Made by a program: the position numbers and the translations under genes. A stretch of DNA of 64,000 nucleotides from Bacteroidaceae bacterium (lineage in GTDB: Bacteria; Bacteroidota; Bacteroidia; Bacteroidales; Bacteroidaceae): contig DAIRSI010000010.1 of NCBI GenBank assembly GCA_036804505.1, positions 32,552 through 96,551 on the forward strand, in the 5' to 3' direction. Positions 9,895-18,541 of this stretch are shown in pieces (the first letter of the stretch is position 1; every line of letters begins with the position of its first letter). The notes beneath the pieces are model-generated. The model searched no databases. It was not told the origin of the DNA and saw nothing but the letters and a program-made list of their open reading frames with translations.

Positions 9895-11229
9895 ATGGAA
9901 GAAGCATTGACACTATATGAACTGAATAATCTGGTGAAGCTGAAGATTTCGGAATCTTTTCCTTCGGAATACTGGATGCAGGCCGAATTGGGTGAAGTGC
10001 GCGAACATTCCAGCGGACATTGTTTTGTGGAGTTCGTGCAAAAGAACGAAAGAGGCAACGGCTTGGTGGCCAAGGCCCGTGGCACCATCTGGAGCAATGT
10101 TTACCGCATGCTGAAACCTTATTTTGAAAAGGAAACGGGACAGAGTTTTGTTGCCGGACTGAAGGTCATGGTGCAGGTGACGGTGGAATTCCATGAACTC
10201 TACGGCTATTCGCTGACAGTCATCGATATAGATCCTACTTACACGGTGGGCGATATGGCTCGCAAGAGAAAAGAGATTCTCGACCGCTTGCAGCAGGATG
10301 GGGTGTTGTCCTTGAACAAGGAACTTGATTTGCCTCGCGTGGTGCAGCGCATAGCTGTCATTTCTTCGCCTACGGCAGCCGGATATGGTGACTTTTGCCA
10401 TCAGCTCGAGCATAATTCGCAAGGATTCGTGTTCTACATCCGGTTGTTCCCTGCCTTGATGCAGGGTGAGGGCACAGAGGACAGCATTATCAGTGCCTTG
10501 AACCGAATCTACGAAGAACAGGAACTTTGGGATGTTGTGGTTCTGATTCGCGGCGGAGGAGCTACTTCGGATATGTCTTGCTTCGATTCCTACGAACTGG
10601 CATCCAACTGCGCACAATTTCCGCTGCCCATGCTCGTGGGGCTCGGGCACGAAAGAGACGAGACCGTGCTGGACTTTGTGGCTCATACCAGTGTGAAGAC
10701 ACCCACCGCAGCAGCCGTGTTCCTCATTGACAGAATACAGGATTTTGCCGATGCACTGGACGAAGTCATGGAAAGGTTGAGCTCTTTCAGCAGACAGCGC
10801 ATGAACGAAGAAAAGATGAGGCTGCAGGGTCTGAGTATGCGTTTGCCGACAAGAGTCGTGCAATATATTTCCGATGAAAAACTCCGGATGCAGAAATGCG
10901 AGAATCGGTTGAAGCAGGTATCTTCCATGAAAGTGGAAAAAGAAAAATACAGAATGATGTATTTGGGGCAAAAGCTCCCGATGGCACTCAAACAACTGTT
11001 TGACCGTGAAAAGCACCGTTTGCAGATGCTTGAACAAAAGACTGAAAGCGCATCGCCGGAAAGAATCCTGAGCAGAGGATATAGCCTTACTTTGAAGGAC
11101 GGGAAAGCGGTGACCGATGCTACAGTTCTGAAGGAAGGTGACAGCCTCGTGAGCCGGTTTGCCCGCGGGCAGTCCCTTAGTATAGTAAAAACAATAAAAA
11201 CAGATAGTCATGAAAGAACAGACGTATGA
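9895..11229 (+). CDS. xseA: exodeoxyribonuclease VII large subunit
   Basis: 444 aa. N-terminal OB-fold region, central catalytic domain (..LIRGGGA..) and coiled-coil C-terminus. Followed by xseB with a 20-nt overlap. Confidence 0.92.
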   Translation: MEEALTLYELNNLVKLKISESFPSEYWMQAELGEVREHSSGHCFVEFVQKNERGNGLVAKARGTIWSNVYRMLKPYFEKETGQSFVAGLKVMVQVTVEFHELYGYSLTVIDIDPTYTVGDMARKRKEILDRLQQDGVLSLNKELDLPRVVQRIAVISSPTAAGYGDFCHQLEHNSQGFVFYIRLFPALMQGEGTEDSIISALNRIYEEQELWDVVVLIRGGGATSDMSCFDSYELASNCAQFPLPMLVGLGHERDETVLDFVAHTSVKTPTAAAVFLIDRIQDFADALDEVMERLSSFSRQRMNEEKMRLQGLSMRLPTRVVQYISDEKLRMQKCENRLKQVSSMKVEKEKYRMMYLGQKLPMALKQLFDREKHRLQMLEQKTESASPERILSRGYSLTLKDGKAVTDATVLKEGDSLVSRFARGQSLSIVKTIKTDSHERTDV

Positions 11230-11407
11230 AGAGGCTATGGCCAGACTCGAAAAGATTACCGCTCAGATTGAAAGCGGAGAGTTGGATATCGATCATCTGT
11301 GCGACAAGTTGAAGGAGGCACAGGAACTGATAAAATTCTGTAAGGACAAATTGTATAAAACAGATGAGAATATTCAGAAAATACTTGAATCTGTTGCGGA
11401 AAAATGA
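11210..11407 (+). CDS. xseB: exodeoxyribonuclease VII small subunit
   Basis: 65 aa, YEEAMARLEKITAQIESGELDID pattern, position directly after xseA. Confidence 0.9.
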   Translation: MKEQTYEEAMARLEKITAQIESGELDIDHLCDKLKEAQELIKFCKDKLYKTDENIQKILESVAEK

Positions 11408-11446
11408 AAAAGTACGGTTTTTTTCTTAAATCAGAAATTAATTGTG

Positions 11447-11454
11447 TATTTTTG
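11447..11454 (+). promoter_or_regulatory. Bacteroides-type -7 box TATTTTTG
   Basis: Matches TAnnTTTG, 41 nt upstream of ATG 11496. Confidence 0.45.
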
Positions 11455-11495
11455 CCTTTTAAAGAGATAATGTGATAATAAAATAAAATAAAGTC

Positions 11496-12515
11496 ATGAA
11501 AGAATTGGATTGGAGCAATCTGTCGTTCGGATATATGAAGACAGATTACAATGTTAGAATTTACAACCGCAACGGTCAGTGGGGTGAAATGGAAGTAAGC
11601 AGCAGTGAATATGTGAACATGCACATGGCAGCTACTTGTCTGCACTATGGTCAGGAATGCTTCGAAGGCTTGAAGGCCTATCGCGGCAAGGACGGACAAA
11701 TCCGCATTTTCCGTGTTGCCGACAATGCACAGCGAATGATTGATACCTGCCGTGGTCTGCTTATGGCAGAGCTGCCTGTAGAACGTTTTGTGGAAGCTGT
11801 GGAGAAGGTTGTAAAACTGAACGAACGTTTCATTCCTCCTTATGAAAGCGGAGCAACCCTGTATATCCGCCCTTTGCTGGTAGGTACAGGCGCACAAGTA
11901 GGCGTTCATCCCGCAAATGAATATATGTTCCTGGTGTTCGTCACTCCGGTTGGTCCTTACTTCAAGGGTGGATTCTCCACGAATCCTTATGTCATCATTC
12001 GTGAGTTCGACCGTGCAGCACCTCTGGGTACAGGATGCTTCAAGGTAGGCGGTAACTATGCTGCCAGCCTTCGTGCCAACAAGAAAGCACACGATCTTGG
12101 CTATAGTTCCGAATTCTATTTGGATGCGAAAGAGAAAAAGTATATCGATGAATGTGGCGCTGCCAATTTCTTCGGAATCAAGAACAATACCTACATTACT
12201 CCGAAATCTTCATCCATCCTGCCTTCCATTACAAACAGAAGTTTGATGCAGTTGGCCGAAGATTTGGGTATCAAAGTGGAACGCCGTCAGATCCCGGAAG
12301 AGGAACTGAGTACTTTTGAGGAAGCCGGCGCTTGCGGAACTGCTGCCGTCATCAGTCCTATCGAGAGAATCGACGATGTGGAAAACGGGAAAACTTATGT
12401 ATTCTCCAAAGATGGTAAACCGGGTCCTGTCAGCACGAAACTTTATCATAAGTTGCGTGCCATTCAGTACGGCGACGAACCCGATGTTCACAATTGGGTA
12501 ACTATCCTTAAGTAA
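11496..12515 (+). CDS. ilvE: branched-chain amino acid aminotransferase
   Basis: 339 aa, class IV aminotransferase pattern (..GQECFEGLKAYRGKDGQIRIFR..). Confidence 0.92.
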   Translation: MKELDWSNLSFGYMKTDYNVRIYNRNGQWGEMEVSSSEYVNMHMAATCLHYGQECFEGLKAYRGKDGQIRIFRVADNAQRMIDTCRGLLMAELPVERFVEAVEKVVKLNERFIPPYESGATLYIRPLLVGTGAQVGVHPANEYMFLVFVTPVGPYFKGGFSTNPYVIIREFDRAAPLGTGCFKVGGNYAASLRANKKAHDLGYSSEFYLDAKEKKYIDECGAANFFGIKNNTYITPKSSSILPSITNRSLMQLAEDLGIKVERRQIPEEELSTFEEAGACGTAAVISPIERIDDVENGKTYVFSKDGKPGPVSTKLYHKLRAIQYGDEPDVHNWVTILK

Positions 12516-12535
12516 AACCGTTTTAGACAACCCTC

Positions 12536-13294
12536 ATGGGCAGAGGAAAACTAGAAAAATTTGCCGACATGCGGACTTATCCGCATGTCTTCGAATATCC
12601 TTATTCAGTCGTGGACAATGTGCCTTTCGAAATGAAAGGCCATTGGAACCGCGACTTTTTCAACAACAGCAATCCCATCGTACTCGAACTGGGCTGCGGC
12701 CGCGGTGAATACACTGTGGGCCTGGCACGTCTTTTCCCCGACAAGAACTTTATCGGGGTCGATATCAAGGGCAGCCGCATGTGGACAGGTGCCACCGAGT
12801 CCTTGAACGCAGGCTTGAAGAATGTGGCCTTCCTGCGCACTAACATCGAGATTATCGACCGTTTCTTTGCAGAGGGCGAGGTCAGCGAGATATGGCTCAC
12901 CTTCAGCGACCCCCAAATGAAGAAAGTCACCAAGAGGCTCACGAGTACCTACTTCATGGAACGCTACCGCAAGTTCCTGATTCCCGATGGCATCATCCAT
13001 CTGAAGACTGACAGCAACTTCATGTTTACCTATACTAATTACATGATAGAGAAGAACCACCTGCCGGTGCTGGTGGAGACCGATGACCTCTACCATTGCG
13101 GAATGGTGGACGATATCCTCGGCATCCAGACCTACTACGAACAACAGTGGCTGGCACGGGGGTTGAACATCAAATACATCAAGTTCCTGTTGCCTTCCGA
13201 AGGTGAACTCACGGAGCCGGATGTGGAAATAGAGCTGGATGAGTACCGTAGTTACGGGCGCGACAAACGCAGTGGATTGCAAATGAGTAAATAA
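12536..13294 (+). CDS. trmB: tRNA (guanine-N7)-methyltransferase
   Basis: 252 aa. SAM-binding [10 protein letters not shown] and TrmB-like ..WLTFSDPQ.. motif. Confidence 0.9.
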   Translation: MGRGKLEKFADMRTYPHVFEYPYSVVDNVPFEMKGHWNRDFFNNSNPIVLELGCGRGEYTVGLARLFPDKNFIGVDIKGSRMWTGATESLNAGLKNVAFLRTNIEIIDRFFAEGEVSEIWLTFSDPQMKKVTKRLTSTYFMERYRKFLIPDGIIHLKTDSNFMFTYTNYMIEKNHLPVLVETDDLYHCGMVDDILGIQTYYEQQWLARGLNIKYIKFLLPSEGELTEPDVEIELDEYRSYGRDKRSGLQMSK

Positions 13295-13318
13295 ACCTGT
13301 AAAAGATTTTTTTTGACT

Positions 13319-14425
13319 ATGACTATATATCCCAAGTTAATACTGGATGCCTTGGCAACAGTGCGCTATCCCGGAACGGGAAAGAACCTTGTAGAGGCAG
13401 GCATGGTGGAGGACAACATTCGCATCGAGGGGATGAAAGTGTCCTTTTCCCTGATTTTCGAGAAACCCACGGACCCCTTCATGAAGTCTGTCATCAAGGC
13501 AGCGGAGACGGCCGTAAAAACCTACGTGAGTTCCGAGGTGCAGATAGAAGGAAATATTTCCGTGAAGACCGTACAGCAAGCCCGTCCCGAGGTAGGGAAA
13601 CTTCTCCCTCAAGTGAAGAACATCATTGCCGTATCCTCAGGAAAAGGCGGAGTGGGGAAGTCCACCATAGCAGCCAATCTGGCTGTAGCCCTTGCCAAGG
13701 CAGGCTATAAGGTGGGATTGCTGGATGCCGATATATTCGGTCCCTCCATGCCCAAAATGTTCCATGTGGAAGATGCCCGTCCATACGCGGAATCCGTGGA
13801 TGGACGCGATCTCATTGTCCCCATCGAGAAATACGGTATCAAACTCCTTTCGATAGGCTTCTTCGTGGATCCCGAGCAAGCCACACTTTGGCGCGGAGGC
13901 ATGGCGAGCAATGCTTTGAAACAGCTCATCGGTGATGCGGAATGGGGTGATTTGGATTATTTCCTCATCGACCTTCCTCCGGGAACAAGCGATATCCACC
14001 TCACCATCGTACAGACGCTGGCCCTCACGGGAGCCGTTGTGGTGAGCACTCCGCAGGAAGTGGCACTTGCCGATGCCCGTAAAGGCATCAACATGTTCAC
14101 CAACGATAAGGTGAATGTTCCCATTTTGGGATTGGTGGAGAATATGGCATGGTTCACCCCTGCCGAACTTCCGCAGAACAAGTACTACCTCTTCGGGAAA
14201 GAAGGAGCCAAACGTCTTGCCGAGGAGATGAATGTGCCTTTGCTGGGGCAAATTCCCATTGTGCAGAGCATCTGCGAAGGCGGCGACGAGGGCGAACCCG
14301 TAGCGCTCAACGAGAACAGCATCACCGGAATGGCTTTTGCCGAACTGGCCGCCGCTTTGGTGGAGCAGACCGAAAGACGCAACAAGGAACAAGCGCCTAC
14401 GAAGATTGTAGAGGTGCATAAGTGA
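13319..14425 (+). CDS. mrp: Mrp/NBP35 (ApbC) family iron-sulfur cluster carrier ATPase
   Basis: N-terminal DUF59-like domain plus deviant Walker A SSGKGGVGKST. ATG 13319 preferred over the TTG at 13313. Confidence 0.9.
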   Translation: MTIYPKLILDALATVRYPGTGKNLVEAGMVEDNIRIEGMKVSFSLIFEKPTDPFMKSVIKAAETAVKTYVSSEVQIEGNISVKTVQQARPEVGKLLPQVKNIIAVSSGKGGVGKSTIAANLAVALAKAGYKVGLLDADIFGPSMPKMFHVEDARPYAESVDGRDLIVPIEKYGIKLLSIGFFVDPEQATLWRGGMASNALKQLIGDAEWGDLDYFLIDLPPGTSDIHLTIVQTLALTGAVVVSTPQEVALADARKGINMFTNDKVNVPILGLVENMAWFTPAELPQNKYYLFGKEGAKRLAEEMNVPLLGQIPIVQSICEGGDEGEPVALNENSITGMAFAELAAALVEQTERRNKEQAPTKIVEVHK

Positions 14426-14440
14426 TTCATCGGCACAGAT

Positions 14441-15007
14441 ATGGAATTACTCAAGAAACGAATTTTGCAGGACGGTAAATGCTATCCGGGTGGAATACTC
14501 AAGGTGGACAGCTTTATCAATCACCAGATGGATCCCAACCTGATGATGGAAGTGGCCAAAGAGTTTGCACGTCGTTTTTCCGACTGCACAATCAACAAGA
14601 TTGTCACCATCGAAGCCAGCGGCATTGCGCCCGCCATTCTGGTAGGTTATGTCATGCAACTCCCTGTGGTGTTCATCAAAAAGAAACAACCCAAGACCAT
14701 GGAACACATGCTCACCTCCGTGGTGCATTCCTTCACCAAGGACCGCGATTACACCGTGTGCATCAGCAATGACTTCCTCAATGAGAACGACCATGTGCTC
14801 TTCATCGACGATTTCCTTGCCAACGGCAATGCCTCCATGGGAGTGATTGATTTGGCGCGTCAGGCGGGAGCCACCATCGAAGGTATGGGCTTCATCATTC
14901 AGAAAGCCTTTCAGAACGGTGGTGATGTGCTGCGCGAGCAAGGTATTCGTTTTGAGAGTCTGGCTGTGGTGCGCAGCCTCGACAATTGTAAAATCGAATT
15001 AGAATAA
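14441..15007 (+). CDS. xpt: xanthine phosphoribosyltransferase
   Basis: 188 aa. N-terminus [12 protein letters not shown]...[13 protein letters not shown] and PRPP-binding [11 protein letters not shown]. Confidence 0.9.
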   Translation: MELLKKRILQDGKCYPGGILKVDSFINHQMDPNLMMEVAKEFARRFSDCTINKIVTIEASGIAPAILVGYVMQLPVVFIKKKQPKTMEHMLTSVVHSFTKDRDYTVCISNDFLNENDHVLFIDDFLANGNASMGVIDLARQAGATIEGMGFIIQKAFQNGGDVLREQGIRFESLAVVRSLDNCKIELE

Positions 15008-15016
15008 ATACAGGAA

Positions 15017-15487
15017 ATGAAAGAAAAAGAATACTATATGAGGGAAGCCATACGGCTTTCCATTGAGAATGTGAAGAATGGCGGCGGACCTTTCGGAGCC
15101 GTCATCGTGCGTGAGGGCGAAATCATTGCCACGGGTGTGAACCGAGTGACTTCCAAGCATGACCCCACGGCTCATGCCGAAGTGAGCGCCATACGCGAAG
15201 CTTGTGCCAAGATGGAGACTTTCGACCTCAGCGGATGCGAAATCTATACCTCCTGTGAGCCTTGTCCCATGTGTCTGGGGGCCATTTACTGGGCCCATCT
15301 GGACAAAATCTATTATGCCAATACCAAGAACGATGCCAAGGATATCGGTTTCGATGATGCCTTCATCTACAAGGAATTGGAATTACCGCTCGACAAGCGC
15401 AACCTGCCAGCCGAAGGCATCCTCCGCGACGAAGCTATCACGGCTTTCAAGGATTGGATGAATAAAACGGACAAGGTGGAATATTGA
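15017..15487 (+). CDS. guaD: guanine deaminase (CDA-fold, GuaD type)
   Basis: 156 aa. Zinc motifs HAEV and PCPMCLGA. End-to-end resemblance to B. subtilis GuaD as I recall it, and sits next to xpt. Confidence 0.82.
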   Translation: MKEKEYYMREAIRLSIENVKNGGGPFGAVIVREGEIIATGVNRVTSKHDPTAHAEVSAIREACAKMETFDLSGCEIYTSCEPCPMCLGAIYWAHLDKIYYANTKNDAKDIGFDDAFIYKELELPLDKRNLPAEGILRDEAITAFKDWMNKTDKVEY

Positions 15488-15491
15488 TTTT

Positions 15492-16415
15492 TCAAAATGG
15501 CAGTTCATACACCGCCGTATCATCCTCCATGAAGGCAGTCGTGTTTGTGATATTCCAATGAGCAATATCCTTTATCTTGCTTCGATAGGAAGAGAAAACG
15601 GTGTTATTTTCAATTTCCTTTTTCCTCTCCCTGCTGATATGGAGAAAATCTTCTTCTTTGTCGATACCCAAGAAGCGCCTGCCCAGCAGATTGGCTGCGA
15701 TGCCTGTAGTGCTGCTCCCAGCAAACGGATCCAGAATCCATGCATCTTCTCGTGTGGAAGCCATGATGATGCGAGCCAACAGAGATAGCGGTTTCTGTGT
15801 GGGATGCTTTCCGCACGATTTTTCCCACGGAGCAATGGCGGGAAGTGACCACACATCCCGCATCTGATGTCCGCCGTTGATGGTCTTCATCAATTCATAG
15901 TTGTAGAAATGCGGAATTTTCTTGCATTTCCTTGCCCACAGGATAAATTCGGTGGAATGAGTGAAGTAGCGGCACGAGAGATTTGGCGGCGGATTGGTTT
16001 TTGCCCACGTCACGCAGTTCAGAATTTTGTAATCCAGTTCCGTCATCATCTGAGCCACGGAAAATATGTTGTGATAGGTACCGCTCACCCAAATAGTGCC
16101 GTTGTCCTTCAGTTTGTCGCGGCATGCAGTAAGCCAATTGCGGTTGAACTCATTGTCCTTTTCGAAGCCTTGCGAGCGGTCCCACTCCCCTTTGTTCACT
16201 GACACCATTCGTCCGCTCTGCACACTGATTCCGTCGTTGGAGAGGAAGTAGGGTGGGTCGGCAAAAATCATGTCGAACTTGAAGGAAAACTGTGGAAGAA
16301 GCTCCATGCAATCACCGTGGAGGAGGGTGAAAGAATCATCTTTTGATTTCCAGAAGGGCATCATTCTTTCCTCAGAAATGCCGCATATTTGGGAATATAA
16401 GGTGACTTTCTCCAT
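15492..16415 (-). CDS. site-specific DNA methyltransferase, beta-class N6-adenine type (DpnA/M.MboIC-like; GATC specificity suspected, not proven)
   Basis: 307 aa. Motif IV MIFADPPYFLSN precedes motif I LDPFAGSSTTG. NLSCRYFTHSTEFILWARK and GKHPTQKP match my recollection of DpnIIB-type enzymes. Confidence 0.88.
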   Translation of the reverse strand: MEKVTLYSQICGISEERMMPFWKSKDDSFTLLHGDCMELLPQFSFKFDMIFADPPYFLSNDGISVQSGRMVSVNKGEWDRSQGFEKDNEFNRNWLTACRDKLKDNGTIWVSGTYHNIFSVAQMMTELDYKILNCVTWAKTNPPPNLSCRYFTHSTEFILWARKCKKIPHFYNYELMKTINGGHQMRDVWSLPAIAPWEKSCGKHPTQKPLSLLARIIMASTREDAWILDPFAGSSTTGIAANLLGRRFLGIDKEEDFLHISRERKKEIENNTVFSSYRSKIKDIAHWNITNTTAFMEDDTAVYELPF

Positions 16416-16464
16416 CTCTTTGTTTCTTTTGTGAATGCAAAGAAACAGAAGTGACGATAGAAAA

Positions 16465-16518
16465 ATCTGATTAGATCAGTGTTTAACCATAAAGATCAAT
16501 TTAGATCATTTATCTGAT
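16465..16518. promoter_or_regulatory. triple AGATCA (GATC) cluster flanked by direct ATCTGAT repeats, in the nuclease-like/methyltransferase intergenic region
   Basis: AGATCA at 16473-16478, 16493-16498 and 16503-16508 (spacing 20 and 10 bp). ATCTGAT at 16465-16471 and 16512-16518. Confidence 0.4.
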
Positions 16519-16581
16519 GTCGGCTCTGCAGATGAAAGCCAAAGGGTTAAGGAAAAATACAGCTTGAACTACCATGCAAAA

Positions 16582-17295
16582 TCATGTTAAATGCCTTACG
16601 TCTATATATTCTTTCAGCCGAGTGTATTCTTCGGAAAGTGAATTGTAATCATAAAAACGCACTCTTTTGTTAATAGGCGAAAAGATATTTCTGCCAATAA
16701 TTTCACTGAACTGATTCTTACGGCTCGCATCGGCTACTATGTAGAAATGAGCAAAGAAATCCTGCAAGTCATAAAACTTTAGCAAGGAATTCTGAATATC
16801 GGTGGAATGCTCTACTTCGAAAAAGTCAGATGGCATTTTTCTCTCATTGAACCAAATGACATCTACTGTGCGGGCTCTTCTCAGTGTTTCATCATAAGTA
16901 AAATCAGGAATCTGCGGAACTGACGTCATTTCATGGAGTGGCTTCTCCAAGAACTTTTTGTTGCGGTCCTGTGGGGGAACGTACGTGGAAAGATGTTTCA
17001 TATTGCCAATTTCCACTAGCAAGCCTTGAAAATAGGAATGCGTAAACATCTCTTCTTTTTCCTTGTTGGGCTCTTTTAGTTCGAAACGCTCCATTACCTC
17101 GTTACGGCATTTTTCCAAAGCCCATAGTCCCGGTCTGATTCTGAAGAACGGTCCTTCCTGAACAATTCTTCGAATGCTGGCAAAAGGTGTTTTAGTATTC
17201 CATTCGGAGACATCCACCAAATGGTTCAATTCGCCCAACGTGGCATAACCGCCATGTTTCAGCATTGTTTCAATGACTTGTTCCAGTTGCGTCAT
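16582..17295 (-). CDS. hypothetical protein; candidate nuclease partner of the adjacent methyltransferase (winged-helix-like N-terminus, PD-(D/E)xK-like C-terminus)
   Basis: 238 aa from ATG 17295. N-terminus GGYATLGELNHLV..IRRIVQEGPFFRIRPGLWAL; C-terminus ..YFQGLLVEIG.., ..TVDVIWF.., ..FFEVEHS... The 355-aa track version runs through its own promoter and the neighbouring signal-peptide ORF. Confidence 0.55.
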   Translation of the reverse strand: MTQLEQVIETMLKHGGYATLGELNHLVDVSEWNTKTPFASIRRIVQEGPFFRIRPGLWALEKCRNEVMERFELKEPNKEKEEMFTHSYFQGLLVEIGNMKHLSTYVPPQDRNKKFLEKPLHEMTSVPQIPDFTYDETLRRARTVDVIWFNERKMPSDFFEVEHSTDIQNSLLKFYDLQDFFAHFYIVADASRKNQFSEIIGRNIFSPINKRVRFYDYNSLSEEYTRLKEYIDVRHLT

Positions 17296-17322
17296 GGTCT
17301 CATTCTTTTCAGTATTATTACA

Positions 17323-17330
17323 CAAAGTTA
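17323..17330 (-). promoter_or_regulatory. Bacteroides-type -7 box (TAACTTTG on minus strand)
   Basis: CAAAGTTA on + strand, ~27 nt upstream of ATG 17295. Confidence 0.45.
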
Positions 17331-17484
17331 GCATGAAATGTTTATGCAGCCAAATGTTATAGGAAATAAATATCATGGCATTCTGCCGCCGTTTTTTTTG
17401 TATCTCCGCAGTTACTGAACTTGAATGTTTTTCCTTTTTCGTCAAATATTTTGCAAAAGTCGTCTGTGAGACAATAAAATTCCA

Positions 17485-17492
17485 TAATTTTG
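17485..17492 (+). promoter_or_regulatory. Bacteroides-type -7 box TAATTTTG
   Basis: Matches TAnnTTTG, 40 nt upstream of ATG 17533. Confidence 0.4.
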
Positions 17493-17532
17493 GAATCGGT
17501 AAACATATCCAAACCACTATAATAATCATTAT

Positions 17533-18014
17533 GAAAAAGTTCATTTTATTTGTTTTCGTACTATGTTCAACTTTGAACATGTTTGCACAGGTGAAAGAGG
17601 TTTCCGCCCCATTGAGTAGTAAAAACGCTTCAACAACACTAACCGACAAAATTAAAACACAAAGATTGGTGATAAATTGAATCTGATTTAAATGAGTTTT
17701 CTCAACATGTCATTATTTGGAAACCCGATGGAACAGAGTTTGGACGTAGGCCTACTCCTCCATCGGATATGACAAGAATTGACGGGTTCGAAGCTTCCAA
17801 ATGGCATACTTATGGCTTTGAATGGACACCCGACAGAATAATTTTTTATGTTGACGGTGTAGTGCGTCAGATAGCTGAATATCCATCTACACAATTCGAG
17901 CACGATAAAATAAACGTATGGCTTTCTGCCATGGCAGCAAACTGGTGCTCGGATAAGCAGAATGACAGTGAAGCTTATTACGACTATTTCCGTTTTTATA
18001 AAAGAGCAGAATAA
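17533..18014 (+). pseudogene. decayed glycoside hydrolase family 16 gene (signal peptide stub plus out-of-frame C-terminal beta-sandwich fragment; catalytic core missing)
   Basis: ATG 17533 gives MKKFILFVFVLCSTLNMFAQ.. and stops at 17678-17680. A different frame, open from 17688, encodes ..KWHTYGFEWTPDRIIFYVDG...YYDYFRFYK, a GH16 C-terminal signature. No ExDxxE catalytic motif is present. Confidence 0.65.
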
Positions 18015-18192
18015 TACAAACGATTTTTGTCAATATAGGCGGATGCTTGTGTGGACTATCCGATGATTCGATTTTGAAAAGAATCAAAATTTTATGATAC
18101 GAACATGTTAGAAAATAGATGGCTTCACATAATTACAGTATGAAATATTTTTCGTTTATTTGCGAAATAGAACTAAACCTCTCACAAAACTT

Positions 18193-18531
18193 ATGGGAAA
18201 AGAACTGATAGCCTATTGCGGACTCTACTGCGGTGCCTGCAGCAAGTACATCAAGGGCAAATGCCCCGGTTGCCGTAAAAACGACAGTGCCAAGTGGTGC
18301 AAAATACGCACCTGCTGCATGGACAACGGATTCTCCACATGTGCTGCATGCACTATGAATCCACACGATTGCACGAAATTCAACAATTTCTTCAGCAAAA
18401 TTTTCGCTTTTATCTTCAAGTCGGACAGGGAAGCCTGCATCCGTCGGATTCGGGAAACCGGCGAGGATACTTTTGCCGACGAAATGGCTGCCAGGAAGAT
18501 AATGACACTCAAAAAGACAGGAAAAGAGTAG
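18193..18531 (+). CDS. DUF3795-like cysteine-rich protein
   Basis: LIAYCGLYCGACSKYIKGKCPGCRKN...WCKIRTCC...CAAC pattern. ATG 18193 preferred over the TTG at 18160. Confidence 0.75.
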   Translation: MGKELIAYCGLYCGACSKYIKGKCPGCRKNDSAKWCKIRTCCMDNGFSTCAACTMNPHDCTKFNNFFSKIFAFIFKSDREACIRRIRETGEDTFADEMAARKIMTLKKTGKE

Positions 18532-18541
18532 TTTTTGCAAT

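Noticed and set aside
17296-17649. N-terminal 118-codon extension of the nuclease-like ORF (the 355-aa track version).
   Set aside because: The extension runs through the gene's own TAACTTTG promoter box and antisense through the neighbouring promoter and signal-peptide stub. The extension is hydrophobic/AT-coded junk. ATG 17295 gives a sensible winged-helix N-terminus.
18090-18125. AT-rich hairpin ATTTTGA-N6-TCAAAAT after the GH16 remnant, considered as a terminator.
   Set aside because: A 7-bp all-A/T stem is too weak to call. It may be the remnant terminator of the decayed gene.
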